A stretch of 63,724 nt of DNA, the filler included, from Neolecta irregularis DAH-3 (lineage: Eukaryota): the NCBI GenBank assembly GCA_001929475.1. It is 12 parts of 12 records of this genome, joined end to end, with 100 filler letters (N's around TTAATTAATTAA, not from the genome) between each part and the next. Parts side by side here need not be neighbours in the genome. Positions count along the whole stretch, not along the records: positions 9,311 to 16,389 come from LXFE01003456.1; positions 16,490 to 22,114 come from LXFE01000380.1; positions 22,215 to 23,340 come from LXFE01003463.1; positions 23,441 to 46,236 come from LXFE01003465.1; 8 more parts are not named here. One strand, given 5' to 3'. Position numbers and translations under genes: made by a program. Shown here one piece after another: positions 11,412 through 23,939 of the stretch; within the stretch, counting starts at the first letter, position 1; each line of letters opens with the position of its first letter. The notes below the pieces were generated by a model. The model did not search any database, was not told the origin of the DNA, and worked only from the letters and a program-made list of their open reading frames with translations.

Positions 11412-11802
11412 TCGCAAATGATGGTGAAGTAGACGGAATATGGGTAACAAATTTTGAAAATTGCACCTCGACTACTAGTTGTGCTAATCATTACATGATA
11501 TCAAGTGGAGTATTCTGGCAGTAATATATGTCTATCTGTCCACGTATGTGATATACAGAGGGATTGGCAAATATTTTGGTACAAATTGAATGAAGACGCC
11601 AGCTGTCTTTTGTGGTAGTTGGAAGCTTACGAGAGGGTCTTTATATCCCATTCCTAGTATTTTATATTCAGACTACAGTAGGATCAAAATTCACGTTTTG
11701 TGTGAAATAGAAATTGAAGTCTGAAATCCAGTTTGACGACAAGCTTTCACGTGTTCTCGCTTCAAATCCACCATGATGTCATCCATCAAATAAACAGCTT
11801 CG

Positions 11803-13908
<2,106 letters not shown>

Positions 13909-14072
13909 TGAACCCATGTTAAAGTGTGGTTGTTAGAGACCAGTCGCCAAATTTTAATAGATGTCATAGTTTTGGAAAGCTTAGGTGGTTCATGGATATG
14001 TATTTCGGTAATAAAGGAGGTCTTACGGAAATGCCAAGGAGTAATCGCAGGAAAGGAAGTGAAACATGATAC

Positions 14073-14180
14073 AGCGATTATTCTCAGTTGGTACCGAGGT
14101 CAATACTAAAGATCCAAATTTGATGAATGTGTCTTCCATGAACAATACGACATTCTAGATGTCCACATTGCATGACTTAT
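14073..14180 (+). repeat. Left arm of 108-bp inverted repeat (partner 15851-15958)
   Basis: Hand alignment to the reverse complement of 15851-15958: about 7 mismatches in 108 nt, no gaps. Confidence 0.9.
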
Positions 14181-14292
14181 ACCGGACATTGTTGAGCGGA
14201 GAAGTAATTCATCGGGTTCGAGTTTCATATGTGAGATAAATTTCAAGTCATGTCTAGTATATAAGGAGAATGGGCAGCTAGCCCATCACTTT

Positions 14293-15677
14293 ATGGTCGG
14301 TATAAGCCGAATGGGGGTCGCAAACCTGTGTTTACAATTATTCCCAACCTCGGCGCCTTGCGGAAGTTTACAGACATGCTTCGATCATGTCAACACCACT
14401 TACAGCATTGCCTTTCAAAGACCTATGAATTTCGATTTGCTTGCAGAGGCAGCAACTCTATCTTTAGAGATTCCACAAATCCTAGGAAATCCCGTTTCAG
14501 AAATCTCTAGGCAGAACTTTTGCAAGAATATGTGCACTGCTGTCCCCTTTCGCTGCGAAATGGCCATCCTAGATATAGAATCGCTCGCAAATAGATCTGG
14601 CAACAGGGAGGATTGTTACCTATTCAACCATGTGCCAGGCTTCACCGACTTTGAATTAGGTGGAAAATCAAGTTACACTATTTCCGATGCACTTGAGGCA
14701 ATGGCATTTGTGTGAGTTACCAGATATGGATTGATCTGATTCAATGTAGGCCATCTGAAAAGCATTCTTTACCAAAAGAAGTGTTAAATTTAATTCCACA
14801 ATCACCTGTTACGGCTCTAAAATGGATCAACGAAGTTTCTTCATGCTATCACCTACATCTGAAAACGAAGAGAAAAGGCGGTTTAGACCAGGATTCCATC
14901 GAGTTTCACTGGTTATACAATTTGTACCGGATTTTATTCTATAGTGGATGGAATTTTACAGTCGGAGGCCTGCATCGGGCCGATCGCAAGGATGTTGTTG
15001 CAGCTGTAAAGAGTCTATTAAGAAAATCCAGTGTCCCAATCTTTAACGTTGATACGATCATCCTCTCATTCATCTATGCCCTTAGGGGTGACCACGTTAG
15101 GGTCGGAGGGGAAATTGTGACGATAGTTTCTTGCATAAAGGACATACCGTCGAAACCACGAATGCTCAGTTTAATTGAACGAGAAACCGTCCAAACGAGG
15201 CTCCCGTGGTATCAAAGGGTCATCGACGGGCAAAAAATTAAATTGAGTCATCACGCAACGGTTAGAACGTTTGGCGCAGGCATTCTCCCCCGTGAAATGG
15301 TCCGCACTATGTTCAAAGAAACCCTACCACTTGATTACGAATATATAACGGGAGATGTTATACAAATCGACTCTCCTGCGCTTTTTGAGACTGCCGGTGA
15401 GCTCGAACAAGATATCAACAACATCATCGGCGTGATTGATCGGACAACTAGCTTTTATCTTGGAAACCAAAATGTTCCCAACCACAAAGCGCAGAAGCAC
15501 TCCTTTACGCATGGGAACACTTTATTTGGGCCTTCTTACCGGAAATTTATAGTGGATTACATTGCTACGATGTTGGTCATGTGTTATGATATTTCTAAGG
15601 AAGAAGTAGGGGTTAGACCTCAAAATCTTGAAATAGGAGAGGCATTCAACGATTTGATTATCAAGTCTGTGCGCTAA
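14293..15677 (+). CDS. Orphan protein (about 448 aa), 2 exons, intron 14712-14749
   Basis: ORFs 14293-14715 and 14712-15677 join in frame via a GTGAGT...CTGAT...TAG 38-nt intron; TATATAA at about 14258. No family recognised. Confidence 0.75.
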
Positions 15678-15850
15678 AGTATAGGTATAGGTTCTTGGCT
15701 GAATGATCAATATTGTAGACTGGATTAATATTTGTTAATGAGATGGTAAACACGTACCTTCAATTATCACTTCTTCGTTCTTCCTTTTAACCCAATTCTT
15801 TACCGTTGGCTTTTTCTCTACTGGCTCTTTTTCCGCAAGAAGCGAGGTTA

Positions 15851-15958
15851 ATAAGTCATGCAATGTGACCATCTAGAATGTCGTATTGTTCATTGAAGAC
15901 ACATTCATCAAATTTGAATCTTTAGTATTGACCTCGGTATCAACAGAGCATAATCGCT
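15851..15958 (-). repeat. Right arm of 108-bp inverted repeat
   Basis: Reverse complement of 14073-14180 at about 93% identity. Confidence 0.9.
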
Positions 15959-16253
15959 TGAATTTTAATTTGCTTGAAAGAATAGCACTCTTTCTTTCGA
16001 GATTCCAACACTCCGAGGAACGATCGTTTCAGAAACTTCTAGCCAAAACTTTTGCATGAATATGTGCACCGCTGTCCCCTTTCGCTGCGAAATGGCTATC
16101 TTGAGTACTGGATCGTTCACAAAGTTTGATTTTCAACGTCTTGCAGAAGTATACCATGGACGCAGTGGCAATGATGCAGCAGTGTACATGAAGAAATGTG
16201 TCTCTGTTAAACCATACGATCAATCAACTATGCTAATGATTATACGTCCTTAA
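15959..16253 (+). pseudogene. 5'-truncated, frameshifted paralog fragment of the 14293-15677 gene
   Basis: NF.LL...LS.EIP...VSE.S.QNFC.NMCTAVPFRCEMAIL shared with about 14426-14572; 1-nt deletion near 15988; early stop. Confidence 0.75.
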
Positions 16254-18369
16254 TTCGAAACGATTAGTAACCAACAACCATGTAGAAAGCAATTTTTATC
16301 AAGACGATACTAGTTTCGACAAGTGAGAAAAAGATATCTGTGAGCCGATTTTGTAGTTTAGCCCACCGGGTGTTGGTTGCGAGACCCCCNNNNNNNNNNN
16401 NNNNNNNNNNNNNNNNNNNNNNNNNNNNNNNNNTTAATTAATTAANNNNNNNNNNNNNNNNNNNNNNNNNNNNNNNNNNNNNNNNNNNNTGATTTTCTGT
16501 TAAAATATGGGAGAGTGGGCAAGTAATTGAAATGAAATTATTTCTTCGTTGTATGTCATGCGTTCACTTTTCTTAACCTGTCGATACGCCATTTGTACAA
16601 AGCTCGACTACCTTTGCATCCACGACGCCTACCATCCGAGCTCTTTTGGGCTTTTATCACCAGGAAAGGGGAGGTCGATCGTTGAAAGAGTTCAATCACG
16701 AGGAAGACCTGGGCTGTTAACCCGGCTCGCTGCCGTTCTATAACAGACAAGACTATCGAAACTGGACCCGTATTTACAGCTAATTCTCTCGAACTCAAAA
16801 ACCGCGGAGAGATAAATTGTCTGGACTTGTATCAAGCATGCCTGTGACTACCGAGGCCCTCCGTCTTCGACACGCAGATGGATCTTTCATCACCATCAAA
16901 GTCGTTCTCACAGGTCGCGGCAATGTTAAAGATATTGTCCACCATTTTATCAGAATGCACAATTTCCCCCACGTCGTTCCTCTATCACCCTTCCTTCAAT
17001 CAATGTTCCGCCTAGTTACATCTCCCATTGTTAGATGCCTTCCACTACATTCTTTCTAAATATATACTGGTTGTCTTTATCGTGTCGGAGCGGAGTTTAC
17101 TTGAATTGACTAGTTTTGTAGTGTATATTCTGTTATTAAGGTACCGGAAGTTAAATCATGATTGTTCTTTGTAATCCGTCGTCTAAATTCATTTTCAAAC
17201 ATGACTTTGTTTACCACAAGGCGGTAAAAGGATCAACTGCAATGAGGAACTAGAATTCTTTGGTACCCCTCGCTCTTTCGCGACCGGTTTGTCAAATGTT
17301 GAAGCAGACTGAACGGAAATGAGCTGTTCATTATCTGGATCTCAAGACTAACTACACTCAATGTGACTGCCTTTCAACCCCAAATTACAAATAATATCAC
17401 TTGATATCACTATAGTCATACATAATCTAAGACGACTGTGCAGGTCCAGCATACTCGTCCGGCTGATATTCAGGAACTAGTACGCCCGCTTTTTCCAACA
17501 ATGTTTCCAATTCGCCGCTAATGTTAGCTCACAATACGGCATTGCCATACGACTGGTGCATGCTAACAAGAATATCGCATCCTCCAATAAACTCTTGCTA
17601 TCCATTCAGCATCTCTCTATAATATATACTCACGTTCACATACACATGCGGAATCGTCCTATATCATCAGCTCGCCTCACACAAAAATAATACGGCCATT
17701 TGCTGAATTCTTTGATTCCTTCCTTATAAGCGCGTGTTTAATGACCACTTACCCTCTCGTAGTTCCCTGTTCTCAAGAACATCGTGCGTCTTCAGTTTCG
17801 CAGGATCAACCCCCTGTAATCCTAAAATCTGTACAGCTGCCCTTGAAAATCCACACTGAGGTATTTCCGGTGTCCCCTTCATAAATAACACAACCGGAGC
17901 CTCTGCCAGTCAAACAATTAAAAAAAGATTTAACCTTGAATTTTACTGGCTATCGATTTTCGAGTCGTGTCAGATAGCTGCCGGAGAACCCGGTTCCTAA
18001 AAGACACGCGAATTGAACAAGACACTGAATTTTTGAACAACGGAATCATTTGAGTGTATTTTTTGACGGTGGATCAAGGATGACGTCTCGCAGAATCATT
18101 GCTGTCCATATCACTATTTTACCATCTTTTCTTTTATCAGCACACTGGATACATATATTCTAAAGAGAAGCTGTTAAAGTAATGTATGATATTAAAACAC
18201 ATTTTTCCATTCCTTCACGAGATATGACTGTCTCGGATAAAATTATAACCAGGATCCCCTTTCAAAATAACATCCGCCGATTTTATCCTCACCGGCTGAT
18301 TTTACCCACCCGCATCAACGATATCCCGTCTCTGATAACTCTGTCCAAATAGCACTTTACCCTGCTGCA

Positions 18370-20011
18370 ATGGCGAGGAAGAAGAAAGGTCAGTCTCAAG
18401 GTCCTGATTTATCTCGTCCCTGGTACTTTTCTTTATCTTTTCTTTCGTAGCGGAGATTTCCTAACTCGTGTAGGTGGTATGTGACATCAGAAATAACACT
18501 GATATTTGCTCAGCTACCATTGCGATCGCGATTTCGATGATATTAAAGTGTTGATTGCCCACCAGAAAGCGAAACATTACAAATGTCCTCAATGCCCCCG
18601 TAAGCTCAACACCCCCATCGGTAAGCATTCCCGCATACCACTCTCACGTCCTAGGTTTCGCCGTACATATCAAAGAAGTCCATAAAAAAGTCGTGACAAC
18701 GGTTGAAAATGCAATTCCCGGTCGAGATTGCTGCAATATAGAGATCTTTGGGATGGACGGAATACCCGAAAGCGAAACTACCGCTCGCGAAGCTCGTATG
18801 TGGCAAGATTGGAATCAGACCCATGGAACCAGCGCTCCTGAAACCTCGGCTAAGCGTCAAAAATTCGATTATTTGGACCAAATTGATTCACAAAGGAGTC
18901 TGACGACCGAGACTTACCCGCACACGCATCAATCTTCGATATACGGACAACCAGCTCAGCCATATACATATAATGCTCCAACAGGCTTCCCGCAGCCTCC
19001 TCCTCCAACTAACATTTCCTTGCCAAGTCAAATATCACCACCAATCATGGAACCAGTCACAAAAGGGATCGTAAAGTTCCCTCGCCCTCCTCCTGGTGCT
19101 CCTCCGCCGATGCCTGGATCTATCGCCCCTCATTATAGACCACCAATTATCCCTGCTCCTCTCAGTCAGTATCCGACTCATAATCTACCTCTGGCTCTGC
19201 CAGTTTCCAATCAACCGGTCATTGGTCCGCAACCACCACCACCCGCTCCTTCAAAATTCTATCCCCAAGCTCCCGGTGTCACCAAGGGAGTCGTAAAGTT
19301 CCCACCACCAGGCGCTCGTCAAAACCCCTCGCGGAATCCTAATAGTCGCGAACGTGCTCAATCTCTGCATAGTCCCAAAGATCGGAGTCAGAGAAATGGA
19401 CATCGGACGTTACAGAAACAACGCCATGGACCCCATATAAATGGATATTCACAAACACAGGGCTCAAGAATGCGTGAGCGTCCTTCCAGAGAGAATCATT
19501 CTACGCCGACACTTCCTGGAGACATAAATCTTGCTGATGTATTTGGTCTTCCCGCAGAATATGCTGCATTCTACAAAACTCCATCTGAAAAAATGAGGTA
19601 TCGCTGTATTGGATACCCTTTCTAATTCTAGTCTGCCGCAAAGATCCGACTCGAATCTACCGTCTCCGTCCTCTACTTCTTTACATTTCCCTCTGTCACA
19701 CTTTCCCAAGGCAGTCCCTCCAAATGAGACCGCTATATCAGATCAACCCAAACAATTTAAACTAAACACAGAACCTGTCGATATGAATATCTCTACAAAA
19801 TCAGTATCCGACTTTTCTACGCATTTCCTTCCTTCTAAAAACCAGCCAAAGAAACTTGTATATCTTGATCCCAATTTTTCGCCGGTACTGTTCCATTCGC
19901 TTGTAAACTGACATGAAGGAAGAGAAAAGAGCCGGGTTACCCAAATACCAGAAAATAAATCCTCCCGATTGTAATGTTTTGCAGAAATCTCCAGGATTAC
20001 CTCATGAATAG
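18370..20011 (+). CDS. ZNF207: BuGZ/ZNF207-family C2H2 zinc-finger protein; includes 3-nt microexon 18474-18476
   Basis: MARKKK...RPWCYHCDRDFDDIKVLIAHQKAKHYKCPQCPRKL, VENAIPGR, IEIFGMDGIP, Pro-rich middle, C-terminal SPEEKRAGLPKY. Confidence 0.92.
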
Positions 20012-20252
20012 TGAGTGATATGTAAGTCCAATTTTGATGTCTTTCTTCTTATCTCTCTGGGAACTCAAGGTTGTGTCTTTTAATCTCTAGGAATGTTTTA
20101 TTTGCTTTGGACTTGATTCTCGTGAAATATAAATACACTGATTAACTTGTTATATTCGCATTGAAATAAATACTAATAATTTAATCTCCAATTCTGTCAG
20201 GTAAATGAGATAGAAGAAAATGATGAATAGAGATACCATGCCTATACTGCAC

Positions 20253-20780
20253 TTACTTTTGACCACTGATTAGAATCTTTATAGGGTTATCCTACTTTGT
20301 CAATGTAATACCGAAAATTCGACCTTGTTACCGATCAACTCTTTAAATCCCTTAGGGTTTCCTTTGGAATTTTGTATAACGTACATGGTTCCAGGACACA
20401 AAACTCAGCGAGCCCGCTGTTAAAAGTCGTCAGACAGACGAATCCCATTCTTGCGCTGAGATTGGGGGTTGCAGAGAGACAGATTTAACAAGTTTGATCA
20501 TAGATAGTTGGTTCACAGACGATGTGATCTTCCGGCACAACATTTGTGACGTCAGAACCTACTTGTGCAACAATACCGGCGAATTCATGGCCCAGTATCA
20601 CTGGAAGCTTATCACCATGAAGAGGATGCGGTGTTTTCGGGATAAGAATTGGGCCTTGGAGGTATTCGTGAAGATTGGATCCTAGCATGCTGGAGCTGCG
20701 TTGACATGGAATGGTATACCACATATTCCACACCATTCTACTTTTACAAGAACTTGGTTTGATTTCGGAGTCGGTTTCTG
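20253..20780 (-). pseudogene. Zn-dependent MDR dehydrogenase (2,3-butanediol dehydrogenase-like) pseudogene
   Basis: VKVEWCGIC/GSNLHEY, PVILGHEFAG, then an in-frame stop at 20485 and loss of structural Zn cysteines; the N-terminal part runs directly into the C-terminal GFKELIGNK/DNPIKILIS, so the NAD-binding domain is missing. Confidence 0.85.
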
Positions 20781-21240
20781 TCAGTTCCCTTCTTGCCAAT
20801 ATTTAGATAGATATAAAGAATTATATACGTAATATAGAAATTTATATTGCTTTTTAACATATTCCTGCCCTGGCCTGCATGCCATCACCCAAATTGGTTG
20901 TCACATGTCAGGCCGGACCCTCAGAAAACACTGCTGGATTGCTTTGCTGCCCTGTAGATTGATTGCATTTTAACACAATAGCCCGTTATTAGCTAGTGGT
21001 CTTATAACCCAATAATAATCTGCAGACAATTAAAATCTCTAACGGAAAAAAGAAAACCACTCTGAACATACATACAAAACATAGCAAAATAAGCCTCATC
21101 AAGGTCCCATTAGCTATTCAGAGAATCGCTTGTGGGAACTGTAACAATCTTGATGTCTCCAAAATGGTTTCCCCCGCGAATTGTTGATAATAGAGATTGA
21201 GCTTTAGTGGATCTAGTGAGCCCCCCATATACTTTAGATC

Positions 21241-21443
21241 TCCTCGCTCTCCCGCCCGCCTTGCCTGATCGCTCGCCCGTCCCGCGCATCCCGTCCCCGC
21301 CTCACCAGTCTCACGCGTTCCTCCCGTGCCTCCGCCCGTCCCTCCCGTCGCCTCTCCTGCCTCACTCGCCCGTCCCTCCTTCCCTTCCCTCCCGTCGCCT
21401 CTCCTGCCTCGCCCGCCCGTCTCGCCTTCCTCGCCCGCCCGTC
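21241..21443. repeat. C-rich degenerate minisatellite (reverse-complement vocabulary of 3881-4265)
   Basis: Recurring CTCGCCC, CCCGTC, CCTGCC and CCTCTC words. Confidence 0.8.
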
Positions 21444-22271
21444 CTAAGAGATCTAGGATAGTAATTGAAATAAACTGAGACTGAGAGGAGAGACGGAGGC
21501 AGCTTGTGGGCGTGGAGGCGTCCTAGAGCTGTCTCGAAAGTAGGAATCTATGGGGTTGGAGGTGAGACACGGATCAGAAAAGTGTTCAGAACAAGTGACA
21601 ATTTCACCGGCTCTCCAACAAGCGTACCTGCCGTCGTTACAAGAAGCAGCCACAGTACTACTTAGGGTGGGTTTGGTGCGCGCCAAATTGGTCCAGTCGG
21701 TTAGGAAAGCTGGGTATATCCTTACAGTGTGAAGCGGTCGGGTGCAAAGAGGCAGCACAGCCAGGCGGCAGACGATCGAGGGTGGTGATCGCAACTCTGT
21801 TACCAATCGATCTATTCTGTGGAAGACGAGTATAAGTATAATTCGTTCTATCCAAACATGACGAAGAAAAGTCCCACAACACTGGTTGGTGGTGGACCGT
21901 TGGTGGTTGGTTGGCACTTAACCAGATAGCACACTATCTATTGTCACGACTTGAAAATTTGAACCTTTTTACATGATTGTTCATACTATCTAATCTAGGG
22001 TTATACAGCCCGTTTAGGTGGACGGGCGCCATTGCGTTATCTGCAATACTGATGCTTCATTACTTGGTTCTGACCAAGACTTGACCCCGCACGATTCAAT
22101 TATTCCTTTGGGCTNNNNNNNNNNNNNNNNNNNNNNNNNNNNNNNNNNNNNNNNNNNNTTAATTAATTAANNNNNNNNNNNNNNNNNNNNNNNNNNNNNN
22201 NNNNNNNNNNNNNNAAGATGCTTAGAATGATGGATTAGGTATCATTTCAAGATGCTTAGAATGATGGATTA

Positions 22272-23340
22272 GGTATCATTGCAACGAATGCGTTAGAATT
22301 AGGGATTGACATTGGCGGATTAGGTATTTTCCTTATAGTTTATGCTAAAGCAGACGCTGTCATCATGGTTGGCTTCCCACCGACGATATCAGCAATGGTT
22401 TGTGTGTCTATTTATTTATTAACATGCAGCGCCAACAATCAGGTCGAGCAGGTCGCAGAAATAAAGATTCTCTAGCTATCCTCGTGGCTGAACCGGGTGC
22501 CGTAGATCAACACTACATGAACCACCCTGATCAACTCTTTACAAGTCCAAATACACATCTCGTGATCGATTTAGAGAATCCATTGATACTCGAAGGACAC
22601 CTCCAATGCGCCGCTTTTGAAATGCCCATTCGTACCGACGTTGATAAATTTTACTTTGGCGACACTATTCAACGACTCGTTTGTGATAGTTTGGTACTCG
22701 GGGATAAAATCTTTCATCCTCACCCGCGATTCCTTCCATTTCCCTCCCGCCACGTCGCTATACGAGACTGCCAAGACGGCCATTATACAATCATCGATAT
22801 CACCAATAACAGAAACCACATCCTCGAACAAATAGAGCCCTCTAGAGCAATGTTTACTCTATACCAAGGTCCCCATCCATTTGTACCGGCTGATTTAAAG
22901 GAGGCATTTTTATGCATCAGGGATATCCTTTTATCCTCCGCAATCTAGACACTCTTTTAAAAATCGCACAGGTCGAATCGACAAATGTAGACTGGACCAC
23001 CCGCCACCGATCTTTTACGTACATCCTGATTTAAATATTAAATTTATTCTAGGGACGTTGAACCAATTGAAACCGAGGCTACCAAACATCTCGCGAATTC
23101 CAGTCGTATAGTATCCTTTGGACGGGTTAAAATAACTTGTCACGTTTCCGGATATTTTAAACTAGACAAACGGAATAATATCCTGGATACAATAGAAATT
23201 GACAATCCACCTTTGATTATCGAGACAAAAGGCCTCTGGATCGATATTCCTAAACACGCACTCGATACCCTTGTTTTGAAAAAAACAAGTTTGGAGAACA
23301 GTATACATTCTGCTCAACACTTGCTTGTTGATTTGGTGCC
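22272..23340 (+). CDS. HRQ1: Hrq1 (RecQ4-like DEAD/DEAH helicase), internal fragment
   Basis: ATNALELGIDIGGL, QQSGRAGRR, DQHYMNHP, LEGHLQCAAFE, LYQGGIFMHQG; truncated by linkers at both ends. Confidence 0.92.
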
Positions 23341-23440
23341 NNNNNNNNNNNNNNNNNNNNNNNNNNNNNNNNNNNNNNNNNNNNTTAATTAATTAANNNN
23401 NNNNNNNNNNNNNNNNNNNNNNNNNNNNNNNNNNNNNNNN

Positions 23441-23926
23441 AATGAAGCAGATAATGAAGCAGATAATGAAGCAGATAATGAAGCAGCAAGCCACTGGAAA
23501 ATTGAACGACAACCATTTGACGACAGAGGCACAGACTCTCCCACTTTAGAAATCACGAGAGATGGAAAGATCCGACAGCACAATATCCCGTATTCCCTCT
23601 TGGACAAGAAGAAAGGGTGGTACCTGTGGGATAATCGATGGTGGATCCGGATTGTTTATTCAGATAGACCATCAGATGTGTATACTGTACGAGCCTGGCA
23701 ACCTCAAGATTCACGGGTAATATTAAACTTGATTGAAAGTAGTCCAATGGCCAAAGATCCTCGATTAAAATTATTCTACGAAAACGCTAAAGGAAAATCC
23801 AGATTTACATTGCCGGTCATCGAACTTCGAGGAAAACTTGTCGCGCTCCCATCATTCGGGTTGTCCTTTGAATTCGGATTGTCTTTTCGATGCCTATTCA
23901 AAGGCGGGCCAGTAGAACCCAATTGA
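23441..23926 (+). CDS. 3' fragment, probable fungal tRNA(Ile)-lysidine synthetase (TilS/PP-loop) C-terminus
   Basis: WYLWDNRWWIRI and RFTLPVI...VALPSFG resemble the C-terminal region of fungal TilS-like proteins. The catalytic part is not in the window. Confidence 0.55.
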   Translation, partial: NEADNEADNEADNEAASHWKIERQPFDDRGTDSPTLEITRDGKIRQHNIPYSLLDKKKGWYLWDNRWWIRIVYSDRPSDVYTVRAWQPQDSRVILNLIESSPMAKDPRLKLFYENAKGKSRFTLPVIELRGKLVALPSFGLSFEFGLSFRCLFKGGPVEPN

Positions 23927-23939
23927 TTTACATTATCCT

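Noticed and set aside
14200-14235. GGTTCGA T-loop-like motif suggesting a tRNA
   Set aside because: No cloverleaf stems or A-box context around it.
21450-21960. Possible additional LTR (contains TATAAGTA)
   Set aside because: No convincing TG...CA termini with a target-site duplication found by eye.
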